From: a virus
Virus record (IMG/VR): IMGVR_UViG_3300031519_006853
Span: 117,664 to 181,663 of that record
Length of the DNA: 64,000 nt
Direction: 5' to 3' (one strand)
Below are positions 27,934-38,871 of the stretch, piece after piece. A program made the position numbers and the translations under genes. The notes under the pieces were generated by a model. The model was not told the origin of the DNA, did no database searches, and worked only from the letters and a program-made list of their open reading frames with translations. Position 1 is the stretch's first letter; each line of letters starts with the position of its first letter.

Positions 27934-30900
27934 GTGGCTAATTGGAAACATTTATTTTTCTTTGATAAGAACGGGAAGAATTACAACATGGCATATGACA
28001 GTACTACTGACAAGTGGTCTGGTGATATCTTTTTGCCTCAGGTTTCTATTGACTTATTTGAAGTAGGGCAGATATTTATCTTACAAAAAATGGTTAATGC
28101 TACTAGCAATACTTTTATGTATGGGTATCCTCATGCGTATAATGAGTTAGTTACTGGTGATAATTGTGATTGGGATTTTACATGGGATACTACACAGCCT
28201 AATGAAATATTTCTTTTTCAGTTTAATAAAGAGTTTAACACTGGTACACAATCTGCATTAGTCCAAGAACAAGATGGACCTCCGTTAGAAAAAATTACTA
28301 AATTAAATGCACCATTAGAATATGATTCAAATCAAACAATAAATAGTGAAGGATATATTGTTACGAATAAAATTAATTCTGAAGCATTACAAATAAACAT
28401 TGCGTTCTCATCCCCGTTAGAAAATACATATAGAAGAAAGTTAATTATAACTGATGAGTGTACTAATACTATTATTGCAGAATTTACTGTTTATGCTGAG
28501 AGTATAGAAGAAGATGAAAGATTAAGAGTTATGACTCAAAATATGGGTTATAATGTTATTGCATCTGATAGTGCTGTTTTTAGAGATACAAATATTAAGG
28601 AAGTTTTACCTGATTATGTAGAAGTTAATCTTAAGAGAAAAGAAATAATGATGGATGGGCATAACATATACCCATACATAGGTTCATATAAAGGATTAAT
28701 AAATGCTATAAAGTTTTTTGGTTATAATAATTTAAAGCTTAAAGAATTTTGGAAAAATGTAAATGCCAATTCTCCACAATTTGGTAAGTATATCCAAAGT
28801 AGCACTGTAGATTTATTTTCACCTACAGTTCAATTTGATGACAAGAAAATAACATTACCAAATAAAAACTTTAGAAAGACTAGTTTATTTAGTCTTATTT
28901 ATAGAATTAATAAAATAGTCCCAGGAAAATTTACTGATGAGGATTTACCAGTAACAGAAGAGCTGCAAGATTTTACTATTGAAGAAATTTTAATTAAGCT
29001 ATTTGGTTTAAAGAGAAAATTAGAAAATGAATATCTTCCACTTAATGCTCGCATCCAAGGAATTACAGCAGAGGCTGATTACTTTGGTTTATTAGAAGTA
29101 ACTAATACTATAAGTAGAAATGATACTAATACAATTAGAGCTGGTATAAATACTGATTTTAAAATATCGCCTAGTGCATGTACATACTTAGAAGATCTTA
29201 GAAAATTTGATTCTTTTTGTTTAGAGGAAGCAGGAATTGTTGGTCAAGCAATTGTTAATTTCTGTAATGCATATATTGCACCATTAGCTGGAGCTGGCGG
29301 CGCAGCAGCAGTTGCACAAAACATGATAATAGATTATGTACCAGGACAAGTATTACCACCTTCACCAATTGGCCCAGATCCTAACAGCGTGCTTGGTGCA
29401 TTACAAGATGGTAGTAATGTGCAAATAAAAGATGTAGCTGGAGTGTATGCTGCATATTTTTCTAGATACGCGCCTAATTTAAATAAGGTACCAGGACTTA
29501 ATGATAAAGATGGTTATTCTTCTGAATATTTACCTGACCAACCTAACACACCTACTGGTGCTTTAATTACTTTAACTAATGATAGTTTTGGTAATATAAC
29601 ATGGGATAATATTAATAGTACATGGGATCAACTAACTAATGCAAATGACTTCTTTACTTTTGATTTTAATGTACAAGGCGCGAATGTTGGTGATGTTTAC
29701 ACTATAAGTGATCCTGCATCTGCAACCTCTGCAACTTATACTGTAGTTTTTGGTGATACAATACAATCAATTACTACAGCTATCTTTAATCAAGTAGCAG
29801 CGTTTAAGACAGCACAAACTGATCCTTGGTTATGGTTTGATTGGTCACAGGTTACAAATGATATAGGTCCATGTATTAGAGCTTACGGAAATGATGTAAA
29901 TAGATTTAGAGCAACAGCTACTTTAGCTAATGCTGCAAGTGGTGGTCAATTTACAGGTATTCAATTACCTGGTGAAACTTTATTTACATGGAGTGGTTTA
30001 CAATCTGGGAATATTTCAGAAATAGAATGGACTGTATATAAAGATGCATCGGATGTATCTCCTGCATACTTTTTTCAAATAAGAGGTACAATTGGACAAT
30101 ATGGAACTTTACCTATAACCTTACCTTATATTGGTACTTATAATGTAGAAATGAAATTATTTGATATGTATAATAATATATCATCTTCAGTAAAGCATGA
30201 TGCAATTTGTGTTGATGAAAGACAAGTAGAATACTCAGGGTGGTACCAATCAAGAAAACTTGTATATACATGGAGTAGTGAAGGTAAATATACATGGAAG
30301 GATTATGGATCTTTATGGGATTTACCTATACAACCTTCAGTAACTTGGGATGAAGAAACTCCTAGCTTATATGATTCTCTCGATAGAGTTAATGCAATCT
30401 TAAATACTTTTGGTATTGGAACTTCTACGGATTTTCAACTATTAAATTATCAAGATAGTGGTAAAGCTAGTTTTAGTGGACCATATCAATGGAAAAATTT
30501 AAACAAAAGATTTTGTACTTGGAATAACTCTTATCACTTATGGTGGGACATGACAGCAACGACTGGCGATACTCCTGCATTTTTTCAATTTAGTGAAATG
30601 AAGCCAGATACTTATTTAAAGATTGTTGATCTTAAAGGTAATATAGGAACTCATTTCTTTGATGCAGCAACAGATACTCTAGCTGAGGCAGTTGCAGAGC
30701 TTAATGTAAGCACTAATAACATTATTAACAAATATGTTTATAACTTAGTTTTAAATGCATCAAACAGTGCAATGTTTGTACAGGCAGTATCAAGATACTT
30801 TGGATTACATGGAGATTTTAAATCCGTTGATATTGTAGATATAAATAACTTAAGAGTTTGTTCAAGTGGAACTGGTAATGTTACAGATTATTTTGGAGGG

Positions 30901-32079
30901 GAGATAGCAGCAACTACACTATACCCACCTTTTGCTAAAGCATTACCAATAAATGGAATGACCTTACTTTCAGTAGGGGCCATTGGCGGTGCACCTGCAG
31001 TAACAGATAATTTTGTAGAAAAAGTTGCAAGATGTGTGGAAATGATATTAAATCCTGATGGTGCTAGTATAATTTACAATAAACAAGCTGCCGTATTGCA
31101 AAAACTACAATCATTAAAAACTATTCAGAGAATAGGTTATGTTGGAATGGGATCTTATACCCCAAGTTTAGAAGACATGGCAGGTTGGGATAATACTATG
31201 GACAGTAATTCAAATGTTGATTTTGTTTGGGAAAATACCTCACTATCACCACAAGCGCAAATTACAGAAGTATTAGAACATGTGCTACATACTATAACTA
31301 CATTTGGTTTACCAGGTGCTTATCCTACGGTGTTTAATCAAACTTCTCCATCAGGACCAACTTATGCTGCAATGTCAGAAGCAATTAATAATGGTGTATT
31401 TGATACATCAGGATATTCACAACAACCTGGAGAAACCTTAGACGAATTTAGAGCTCTATTAATGAGAGAGTATTTATACTTATTAATATATGCAGAATGG
31501 AATTTTATTACTACTTACGTGAGCGGTGGAACTTTATCACCAGAATGGACTGCTGATACACCATCATTGGTTGCATCGACCAATCCATTAGGTCATGCTC
31601 TATATACAGATTATATAAGTAAGCTATTAGTAACACCTAGTACTACTATATTAAATACAATATTTTTAACATCAGCTACCCCATCTGGTTATGTACCATT
31701 TGAAATAGATCCTTCTGGTGGAAATGTAGATTGTTTAAGTAGAATTTACAAGTCAAGCCAAAGTATAACAAGTAATCCTACATGGGGAACTGCTAAATTT
31801 ATTAATGATGGAAAAGTATTACCACCAATGTCATGGGCCATGTTTGTCTATGATAAATGTAAGATTGTTGGTAAAGATGCTCCTAAGTGGACTATCTCTA
31901 ATACTACTAACTCATCCGTGGCTGATATATATTTTGAAAGCAAGTATCTAACATATCTTTTTAAAGACCCAGGAAAGTATATGATAACATTAGAACTTAC
32001 TGATACGAATGGGAATAAATATAAAAAAGGTAGAAATATCTTGAATATAAAAGAGATTAAAGAATCTCAACAAATTTAA
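27934..32079 (+). CDS. large baseplate wedge protein (gp7-like) with inserted zincin-like domain and C-terminal PKD/Ig-like domain
   Basis: 1381 aa, GTG start. YPYIGSYKGLINAIKFFGY is a wedge motif, PGKYMITLELTD.NG is PKD-like, and EVLEHVLH lies at about 31267-31290. Confidence 0.6.
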   Translation: MANWKHLFFFDKNGKNYNMAYDSTTDKWSGDIFLPQVSIDLFEVGQIFILQKMVNATSNTFMYGYPHAYNELVTGDNCDWDFTWDTTQPNEIFLFQFNKEFNTGTQSALVQEQDGPPLEKITKLNAPLEYDSNQTINSEGYIVTNKINSEALQINIAFSSPLENTYRRKLIITDECTNTIIAEFTVYAESIEEDERLRVMTQNMGYNVIASDSAVFRDTNIKEVLPDYVEVNLKRKEIMMDGHNIYPYIGSYKGLINAIKFFGYNNLKLKEFWKNVNANSPQFGKYIQSSTVDLFSPTVQFDDKKITLPNKNFRKTSLFSLIYRINKIVPGKFTDEDLPVTEELQDFTIEEILIKLFGLKRKLENEYLPLNARIQGITAEADYFGLLEVTNTISRNDTNTIRAGINTDFKISPSACTYLEDLRKFDSFCLEEAGIVGQAIVNFCNAYIAPLAGAGGAAAVAQNMIIDYVPGQVLPPSPIGPDPNSVLGALQDGSNVQIKDVAGVYAAYFSRYAPNLNKVPGLNDKDGYSSEYLPDQPNTPTGALITLTNDSFGNITWDNINSTWDQLTNANDFFTFDFNVQGANVGDVYTISDPASATSATYTVVFGDTIQSITTAIFNQVAAFKTAQTDPWLWFDWSQVTNDIGPCIRAYGNDVNRFRATATLANAASGGQFTGIQLPGETLFTWSGLQSGNISEIEWTVYKDASDVSPAYFFQIRGTIGQYGTLPITLPYIGTYNVEMKLFDMYNNISSSVKHDAICVDERQVEYSGWYQSRKLVYTWSSEGKYTWKDYGSLWDLPIQPSVTWDEETPSLYDSLDRVNAILNTFGIGTSTDFQLLNYQDSGKASFSGPYQWKNLNKRFCTWNNSYHLWWDMTATTGDTPAFFQFSEMKPDTYLKIVDLKGNIGTHFFDAATDTLAEAVAELNVSTNNIINKYVYNLVLNASNSAMFVQAVSRYFGLHGDFKSVDIVDINNLRVCSSGTGNVTDYFGGEIAATTLYPPFAKALPINGMTLLSVGAIGGAPAVTDNFVEKVARCVEMILNPDGASIIYNKQAAVLQKLQSLKTIQRIGYVGMGSYTPSLEDMAGWDNTMDSNSNVDFVWENTSLSPQAQITEVLEHVLHTITTFGLPGAYPTVFNQTSPSGPTYAAMSEAINNGVFDTSGYSQQPGETLDEFRALLMREYLYLLIYAEWNFITTYVSGGTLSPEWTADTPSLVASTNPLGHALYTDYISKLLVTPSTTILNTIFLTSATPSGYVPFEIDPSGGNVDCLSRIYKSSQSITSNPTWGTAKFINDGKVLPPMSWAMFVYDKCKIVGKDAPKWTISNTTNSSVADIYFESKYLTYLFKDPGKYMITLELTDTNGNKYKKGRNILNIKEIKESQQI

Positions 32080-32092
32080 AACAAATAATAAA

Positions 32093-32743
32093 ATGGCAAT
32101 TAGCGTAACAGAAATTTTAGGAACCGATTCTTTATCAGGATCGAGGTTAGTTATTAATGATAACTTTAATGTTCTTGCTAGTGAAATTAATGCGATGGAG
32201 GTATATTTTGCCCCTACTGCTGGTACAATCACTAATTTAAATAACCTTTCAACCGAGGCATTGAGGGTAGGTTTAAGCACTATCCTACTTGATATTAATG
32301 CTAGTACTTTTGATATTTTAACCAATGTCAAAATGACGGGAAATTTAACAATGAGTGGTGGTGGAGTATTTAGAAATGATACAAACCCAACACCTCTTAA
32401 TGATACTACAGCAGGATCGTCAATGACATTGGATGTCGGTACTAGTACTGCAATACCTGCTTATACAATTAATAGGTGTGGAAATACAGATATTACAGCC
32501 CCTCTAGATATATCATTGTATCAAGGAAGTATAGGACAAGAGATATTCTTTATGTGTACCGAAGGTAGTGGTGTTGTTAATGTAGCTTCTCCTGCGGGAT
32601 TAAACTATATTGTAACAACAGGAACGACAAATACTATTACTTTAAATGCAGTAGGTGAAAGTGTACATCTTTTAGCAATTGACAATGGATCAGGTATTCC
32701 TATTTGGTATATTGTTGGTGGACAAGGATATGTATTATCATAA
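32093..32743 (+). CDS. short fibre/baseplate appendage protein
   Basis: 216 aa. N-terminal EILGTDSLSGSRLVINDNF anchor motif and a beta-rich C-terminus. Confidence 0.55.
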   Translation: MAISVTEILGTDSLSGSRLVINDNFNVLASEINAMEVYFAPTAGTITNLNNLSTEALRVGLSTILLDINASTFDILTNVKMTGNLTMSGGGVFRNDTNPTPLNDTTAGSSMTLDVGTSTAIPAYTINRCGNTDITAPLDISLYQGSIGQEIFFMCTEGSGVVNVASPAGLNYIVTTGTTNTITLNAVGESVHLLAIDNGSGIPIWYIVGGQGYVLS

Positions 32744-32766
32744 TTAATTAAAGAAAAAAACTATAC

Positions 32767-34890
32767 ATGGCAACAACGCCCTTAATCAGAACTCCGCAGG
32801 CAGATGGGGGAACATTTTATACGTTCTCTTCTTCTGCTAAAGACTTATCTAGAACTCTCAATAATGATGAGCTTAAATTAGTCTTTTCTAAGTTTGTGCT
32901 TCTTAATCTACCAGATATGGATAGATTAGATCCAAATACATTTAGTCAATACCAAAACTATATGCAGTTTGATACTATTGATGGTGCAATATGGAGCGGC
33001 GGCTTAAAAGGTGATCCTAATGTTAATTTTACTGAAAGTCTTCAAAACTATGCGCTTAATTTAGAAGAACTTATAATTAGTGATGCAACATATGATAATA
33101 CTACAAATTTAACTGTATCTGAAAGAGTATTTTTTAAATGGCTTAAGGAAACTGGAGCAATGAGATTTAGAGAAGCTACTGTTTTAGAAAAAGCAAGTGG
33201 TATAACAACACCTAGATTTGTTGAGGAAGATGAAGTAACTGCAGGTACGCGACAGTACAGAAGAGTAGTTAGATATATTGGTGAAATTGATATTGTAAAT
33301 AATGTAGATAAGGCCGGAGAAGCGTATACTGAATTGTATATTAATGTACCAACAGAAGTAGGTAGAACTCCCACTATCCTCTTTGATTCAATTTCTGATA
33401 CGAATTATCAACCATCATTAAAGATTACGCGTACAGGCCCTGGTAGTGAATATATAATGGGAAGGAACTCATCATCAGTTCATCCTCAAGGATTGGATAT
33501 GTTTGCTTGGTATGATTATGATCAACCATTACAAGGTGGAGGTCCTGCTGGTTATACTGATCCTGTTGCAAATTGGATGGATGAATCAACACCACCTACT
33601 TCAGTAGATTCTTATTTTACAGAGCCTACATCTTTTACAAGTGTTCTTAACGCTAATATTATAAAATACCCTGGTGATTATAACAATCCTACTGGTTATG
33701 TTGGATCTGCTTATGTAAGATCTGAATTGGATGGAATCTCAGTAGATTTTAATCCTAATGATTATCAACAAATTGCACAAGATCCTACTATAAGTACTAT
33801 TCCACAATTTAATGGAACTGATTTAGCTGAATCATTTGAATTCAATGCTGTATTGGTTTATTATGATATGGTAGACTTAAGTGATTCAAATAAAACAAAA
33901 ACAAACTTATATGGTATTTTAATCTTAGATAACATAACACCTACAACTGATGGTGGTTATATTCAAAGATATCCAAAATACAAACCTAATCTTACAACTG
34001 GACAAAACGGTAACAGTTATGGATTTAAAATTAATTTAAGATTTGATGCTTCACCAGGTACTGCAGGTATTGATACAATTGTAAATGATTATAATACATT
34101 CTCAATGGGATTATTTTCAGATGCATCAGCTCAATTACAGGCATCAGCTCAAATATTCCAAAGACAACAATTAGAACTTGCTGATATAGAATTGAGATTA
34201 GCTTCTGTTGAAAATACCCTTAATTCTGTTAGTACTTCTGCTTTTTTACAATCTCAGATTAATAGTCTACAAACGCAACTCGATAATGCTTCATTAGCAT
34301 TCGCAAGTAGTACTACATTACTTGATTTAATTGCTAAAAACTCAGATGAAATTCAATCTATAGCTAATGGAAATGTTTCGCAAACTTTACAATATAATAC
34401 AGATGTTGTAAGACAAGGTACAGGTATATCTGTAAATACAAATACACCTAATCAAATACAAATTTCTAATAATGTACAAGCATACAATTTCATGGTACCT
34501 ATGGATGCTGGAAATGTTCAAGTTACTATTGCAAATCCATTAAATTTAAATGTAGTAAACCCAGGAGTATTTGTTGATTTATCAACTTATACAAATATGC
34601 TAAGATTAGATACTATTAATACTGCAAAAGGAGACCTAGTTATTTATATTGATGATACTGATACTCAGTGGAGAACTGGGCAAACTGTAAGGTTAACATT
34701 TAATAATGTTCTTCTTATAGGATCACGAGATATAAAAATATATACTGATGCACCAAGTAGACTTAATACAGGTTCGTTTGGTAAATTAGCTGCAACTATA
34801 CCTAATCTTGACCTAAGCAATATTCCAATTATTGATCTGATTTGTACAGAGCAAGGAGTATTAACTTTTGCATATGATATAGTTAAATAA
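32767..34890 (+). CDS. virion structural protein
   Basis: 707 aa, Thr/Asn/Asp-rich, with an internal coiled coil (QQLELADIELRLASVENTL). Lies in the tail module. Confidence 0.6.
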   Translation: MATTPLIRTPQADGGTFYTFSSSAKDLSRTLNNDELKLVFSKFVLLNLPDMDRLDPNTFSQYQNYMQFDTIDGAIWSGGLKGDPNVNFTESLQNYALNLEELIISDATYDNTTNLTVSERVFFKWLKETGAMRFREATVLEKASGITTPRFVEEDEVTAGTRQYRRVVRYIGEIDIVNNVDKAGEAYTELYINVPTEVGRTPTILFDSISDTNYQPSLKITRTGPGSEYIMGRNSSSVHPQGLDMFAWYDYDQPLQGGGPAGYTDPVANWMDESTPPTSVDSYFTEPTSFTSVLNANIIKYPGDYNNPTGYVGSAYVRSELDGISVDFNPNDYQQIAQDPTISTIPQFNGTDLAESFEFNAVLVYYDMVDLSDSNKTKTNLYGILILDNITPTTDGGYIQRYPKYKPNLTTGQNGNSYGFKINLRFDASPGTAGIDTIVNDYNTFSMGLFSDASAQLQASAQIFQRQQLELADIELRLASVENTLNSVSTSAFLQSQINSLQTQLDNASLAFASSTTLLDLIAKNSDEIQSIANGNVSQTLQYNTDVVRQGTGISVNTNTPNQIQISNNVQAYNFMVPMDAGNVQVTIANPLNLNVVNPGVFVDLSTYTNMLRLDTINTAKGDLVIYIDDTDTQWRTGQTVRLTFNNVLLIGSRDIKIYTDAPSRLNTGSFGKLAATIPNLDLSNIPIIDLICTEQGVLTFAYDIVK

Positions 34891-34913
34891 ATAATAAAAT
34901 TGAAACCTAGATA

Positions 34914-37900
34914 ATGGCTGAAAATAATTCAATACAAACAATGCTACCGGAACTGTTAAGACTTTTTAACAATTCACTGGAGAGCTTTGAGAAAGTTAAT
35001 CAAGCAATTACATCAAGCAGAGAATCTGTAACTGTTAACATTCAGAATAATGATGGAACAAATGCTAGGATTACTATACCGAGTTTTGGATTTCTTAAAA
35101 ATTCAGTTGATAGATTAAATACAAACATTAATACTCTTACTAATTTTAATGATGGTGATAGTTCTATAAGATTAGCAGATGGTACATTTAGAAAATTAGT
35201 TTTAGCTAAATTACCAACAGAAGCCTTAGATTTAACTTCTCTTAATTCTATTAATGAATTCGATGTTAAACCTAATTGGTTTTTTGAAGAATTAATTAAT
35301 CCATTATTATATGTAGCATTTAATATCACAGGGCAAGCACCTATTGATACAGAGCGAGCTATTGTTCAAAGATATATTTTAGATACAAATAGCCAAAGCA
35401 AAATTAACTTTTTTGAAAATAATTATAATGGCAATGCTGTAATTGATTATAATACATTTTTACAAGCAATTGTTGAAAAGAATATTTCTTATGTATTAGA
35501 TGAGGCTGTTGTTGATTTGCCACCTAGAGATAAAAGATTTTCAGGTAAATTTAGTGTAATAAGAATTGGAGAAGAAAGTGTAACACAAACAGTTAATGGT
35601 GTTGAGCAGACTATTGTACAAAAATTATATAAATTAAATAAAATATTTTATTCTGATGCAGAAGCTGATTTTGCAGATACTGTGCAGCTTAAAGTAGGTG
35701 ATAGCCTAGAAGTAGTATCTACACCTATTGATACAAGATATACAGTAACACAAATTGATACAAGTACTAATTCTGTTATTGTAAGATTACAAGAAGGGTC
35801 AAGAACTATTAGTATTGGTGCAGATGTTTTAAAGATAGGATCTGCGTTAAGTGATTCGTTAGAGGTAGATGTAACTGTTGGTTTTAATGAAAGGTGTGTA
35901 ACTTTTATTAAACCAATTGATCCAGATTCAAAAATACCTGCAGTGAATTGGTCACCAGGTAGTGGTTTTTATACAAATGATTTAACAACAATTAATTCTG
36001 CAGGTACTGCTCAAACTCTTGCTGACTATTATCAACAGAATGCTGTTGATTTTGGTAGATATTTATTATCATTTGCACAAGATAAGATTCCAACAAGTAG
36101 AGAAGGTTTAATTCCTAATTCTCCAGTACTATCACCAAATGATTTTACAGTATCATTAATAAATGGACAAGTTAGTCAATCAGATTCAATTGTACAGCTT
36201 AAGGATTTAAATAACCAAAAGAATACTATACAATCTACATTATCTGAATTAGATGTAGCCATTTCACAAAGTAGAGCACGAATACAAACAACTAATTATT
36301 CAACAGAAGTTGAAAGAGATGCTGATAAGAATGCTTTACAGGGTTTAATTACCGAAAGAGCTTCACAAGCAAAACTGTATTCTTCAGTAGTAACTGAAAT
36401 AGATGCATTTGCATCTGATAACTCAGTAAGTAGTATAACACCTAAATATAGGGTTAGAGGATTTTGGGCAATGCCTGAGGAAAAATCAGCCCCAGAAACT
36501 GGAGTACAAGATATAATTAAATTTAGATATCGTTATAGATATCTTTCCGCTGATGGTGCAGCTAATGCAGTTGATCAGTTTACATACACTGATGGTAGTG
36601 GAACAAGCCAAGGCGCGTTTTCTAACTATGTAATTGTAGATAGTGTAATAAGACCTAGAACTAAAAATAGTATAACAGGTTTATATGAATGGGCTCCGCT
36701 TGATGATGACAATGCAAATTCTGTAAATATCAATCAATTAGATATTCCAATTAGAAAAGGGGAACAGGTAGAAATAGAGGTTCAATCTATATCAGAAGCA
36801 GGTTGGCCATCTAATCCATTAGAAAGTGAATTCAGTACTGCTATAAGAGTTGAGTTTCCAGCAGACTTAAGCTCTGATAATGCATTAGAATCTATACTTG
36901 CACAGAATAAAGAAGATTTAGCATCAGTTGCATTAAATGAAAATTTAGAATCTATTGGGTTACCTACTCACTTAAGTAGTTCATTTACTGCAAATGAAAC
37001 ATATTATGCGCATTCATCACCAGTAATTGCATCAGGGTTTTTATCAGAAAATCAAACACCTATTGATCTTTTTACTAAATTGACAGAAATGCAAAATCAA
37101 TTAGATTTATTTTCTGAAATATTAAATTCTGCACAAGGTGAATTACAAACAACATTAGTTGATGACACTGGTAATACATTTAATTTAAGGAGAAATGCAG
37201 TTACAAAGGTATTTGCTGGTTTTTATTCACAAGAGGTTGATGGATTAGATGATCCTAGAGGAGCTGTGGTTTCCAAAACTTATTTTATTAATATTGCAAA
37301 TGCATCACAAACTGCATTACAATTATTGGCAAGAATAACAGGTAGTCGTAGTAGGATGGTAAAACAATCTGAAAACCCTGGTGATTATTCACCAACTAAT
37401 ACTGGTGCTTTGGATAACGGATCTGTAATATTACCAGCAACATATTCATGGTTAGATAATAGTGCTAGTAATCAATCTGATAATAGACAAACATACAGAG
37501 GAGATGATACAGATTATAACACAGTTAGGAAATATGATTTAACTCCTATTATTCTAACAAATCCTGATGTTACTACTGCTACACAATATGGTCAGATGGT
37601 ATCAACACCACCATTTGGATCAACACAAAATAAAAATCAATTTATATATAGTAGGTTTAGTGATGTATCGGCAGAAGGTAATTTTTATAGTTATCTAAAT
37701 CCAGATTCACCAACTAATTTATATACATTTAATTTAGATACTTTAGAGAATTTTTATAATGCAAACTCAGCAACTACAATAGGAGCACCAACTACCGAAT
37801 TTATATGGGGTGGTGGTTTTGATGCAGCAGGCTTAGCAACAACTACTAGTGGCTACCCTACTAATGATGATGTAGTATCAGTTTCAATTGCTCACCCTTT

Positions 37901-38822
37901 CTTAACTAATTATACTGCATATAGAAATGCTTACATTTCTTTGACTGGAGATACTAATACTTTATCAACCACACCTACATTTCCACTAGACTGTTCTAGT
38001 GCAGGTAATGGTACAGGTGCTGTAATATTTAGACAATCTAAATTTGCACCAATTACAGCAGATACAAAGTATGGCAAGCAGCAAGGAATATATTTAAATG
38101 AAAATGTTACTGATTTATTAGACTTATCAAGTGGAAATGCAGGCGCAGTTCCACCGATAGTTGCATTGCAGCCAAATTTTGATACTGGGCAAACATTACA
38201 ACCAAGCCCATCACTCTCATCACCTGCATTGGCTAACCTTTGGGATGAATCTGCAGCAGGTTATATTACAGGTGGTTATAGTAGGAATGGAAAAACTTCA
38301 TTTGAAGGATTTGACCAATATACTTTAGGAAAGCAATCATGTGGATCTTATTTGTTTGTTTCTTCTGATAATCATTTAAATATTCAAGTAGATGGAGATT
38401 CAATTCAATCTCGAGAAGTTATAGCATTCGGTCAGCAAAATGCCATTAGCGTTCCACTAGTCTTTCAATATAGAATGACTGATTATTTTGGGGCTACATC
38501 AGGAACTGGTTTAGGTAATATTGGTGGAGATAGTACAGGATCAACTGTTAATTTAACATATGCTAAAAGAATAGGATTTGACTTATTACCAAATAACTCT
38601 GAGGTAATACAATTTGATATTGAAATTTCTGCTAAATATAGATCTGATAGATTAAGTATAGATGTATTCCCTAAAGCTACAGTAACTAAAGGCTTAAATG
38701 ATTTAGAAAAAGTTGTATCAGCGCTAAGACCATCAATAAGACAAACTGCCGTAAGCAATAATGGTGGCAGTAGTGGAGGTGGAAGTGGAGGCGGACAATC
38801 TTTCATTGGCAACGTATTATAA
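34914..38822 (+). CDS. large virion structural protein
   Basis: 1302 aa with coiled-coil segments and Ig/FnIII-like strands, preceded by AATAAATAA. Confidence 0.6.
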   Translation: MAENNSIQTMLPELLRLFNNSLESFEKVNQAITSSRESVTVNIQNNDGTNARITIPSFGFLKNSVDRLNTNINTLTNFNDGDSSIRLADGTFRKLVLAKLPTEALDLTSLNSINEFDVKPNWFFEELINPLLYVAFNITGQAPIDTERAIVQRYILDTNSQSKINFFENNYNGNAVIDYNTFLQAIVEKNISYVLDEAVVDLPPRDKRFSGKFSVIRIGEESVTQTVNGVEQTIVQKLYKLNKIFYSDAEADFADTVQLKVGDSLEVVSTPIDTRYTVTQIDTSTNSVIVRLQEGSRTISIGADVLKIGSALSDSLEVDVTVGFNERCVTFIKPIDPDSKIPAVNWSPGSGFYTNDLTTINSAGTAQTLADYYQQNAVDFGRYLLSFAQDKIPTSREGLIPNSPVLSPNDFTVSLINGQVSQSDSIVQLKDLNNQKNTIQSTLSELDVAISQSRARIQTTNYSTEVERDADKNALQGLITERASQAKLYSSVVTEIDAFASDNSVSSITPKYRVRGFWAMPEEKSAPETGVQDIIKFRYRYRYLSADGAANAVDQFTYTDGSGTSQGAFSNYVIVDSVIRPRTKNSITGLYEWAPLDDDNANSVNINQLDIPIRKGEQVEIEVQSISEAGWPSNPLESEFSTAIRVEFPADLSSDNALESILAQNKEDLASVALNENLESIGLPTHLSSSFTANETYYAHSSPVIASGFLSENQTPIDLFTKLTEMQNQLDLFSEILNSAQGELQTTLVDDTGNTFNLRRNAVTKVFAGFYSQEVDGLDDPRGAVVSKTYFINIANASQTALQLLARITGSRSRMVKQSENPGDYSPTNTGALDNGSVILPATYSWLDNSASNQSDNRQTYRGDDTDYNTVRKYDLTPIILTNPDVTTATQYGQMVSTPPFGSTQNKNQFIYSRFSDVSAEGNFYSYLNPDSPTNLYTFNLDTLENFYNANSATTIGAPTTEFIWGGGFDAAGLATTTSGYPTNDDVVSVSIAHPFLTNYTAYRNAYISLTGDTNTLSTTPTFPLDCSSAGNGTGAVIFRQSKFAPITADTKYGKQQGIYLNENVTDLLDLSSGNAGAVPPIVALQPNFDTGQTLQPSPSLSSPALANLWDESAAGYITGGYSRNGKTSFEGFDQYTLGKQSCGSYLFVSSDNHLNIQVDGDSIQSREVIAFGQQNAISVPLVFQYRMTDYFGATSGTGLGNIGGDSTGSTVNLTYAKRIGFDLLPNNSEVIQFDIEISAKYRSDRLSIDVFPKATVTKGLNDLEKVVSALRPSIRQTAVSNNGGSSGGGSGGGQSFIGNVL

Positions 38823-38831
38823 TTTAACCAA

Positions 38832-38871
38832 TATCTTTTGGTGAATATATAAAAAAAGTGAAAGATAAATG
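38832..38871 (+). promoter_or_regulatory. Late-promoter motif within a 7-bp hairpin abutting the start codon
   Basis: TATCTTT (38832-38838) / AAAGATA (38861-38867) encloses GAATATATAA. The ATG is at 38869. Confidence 0.5.
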
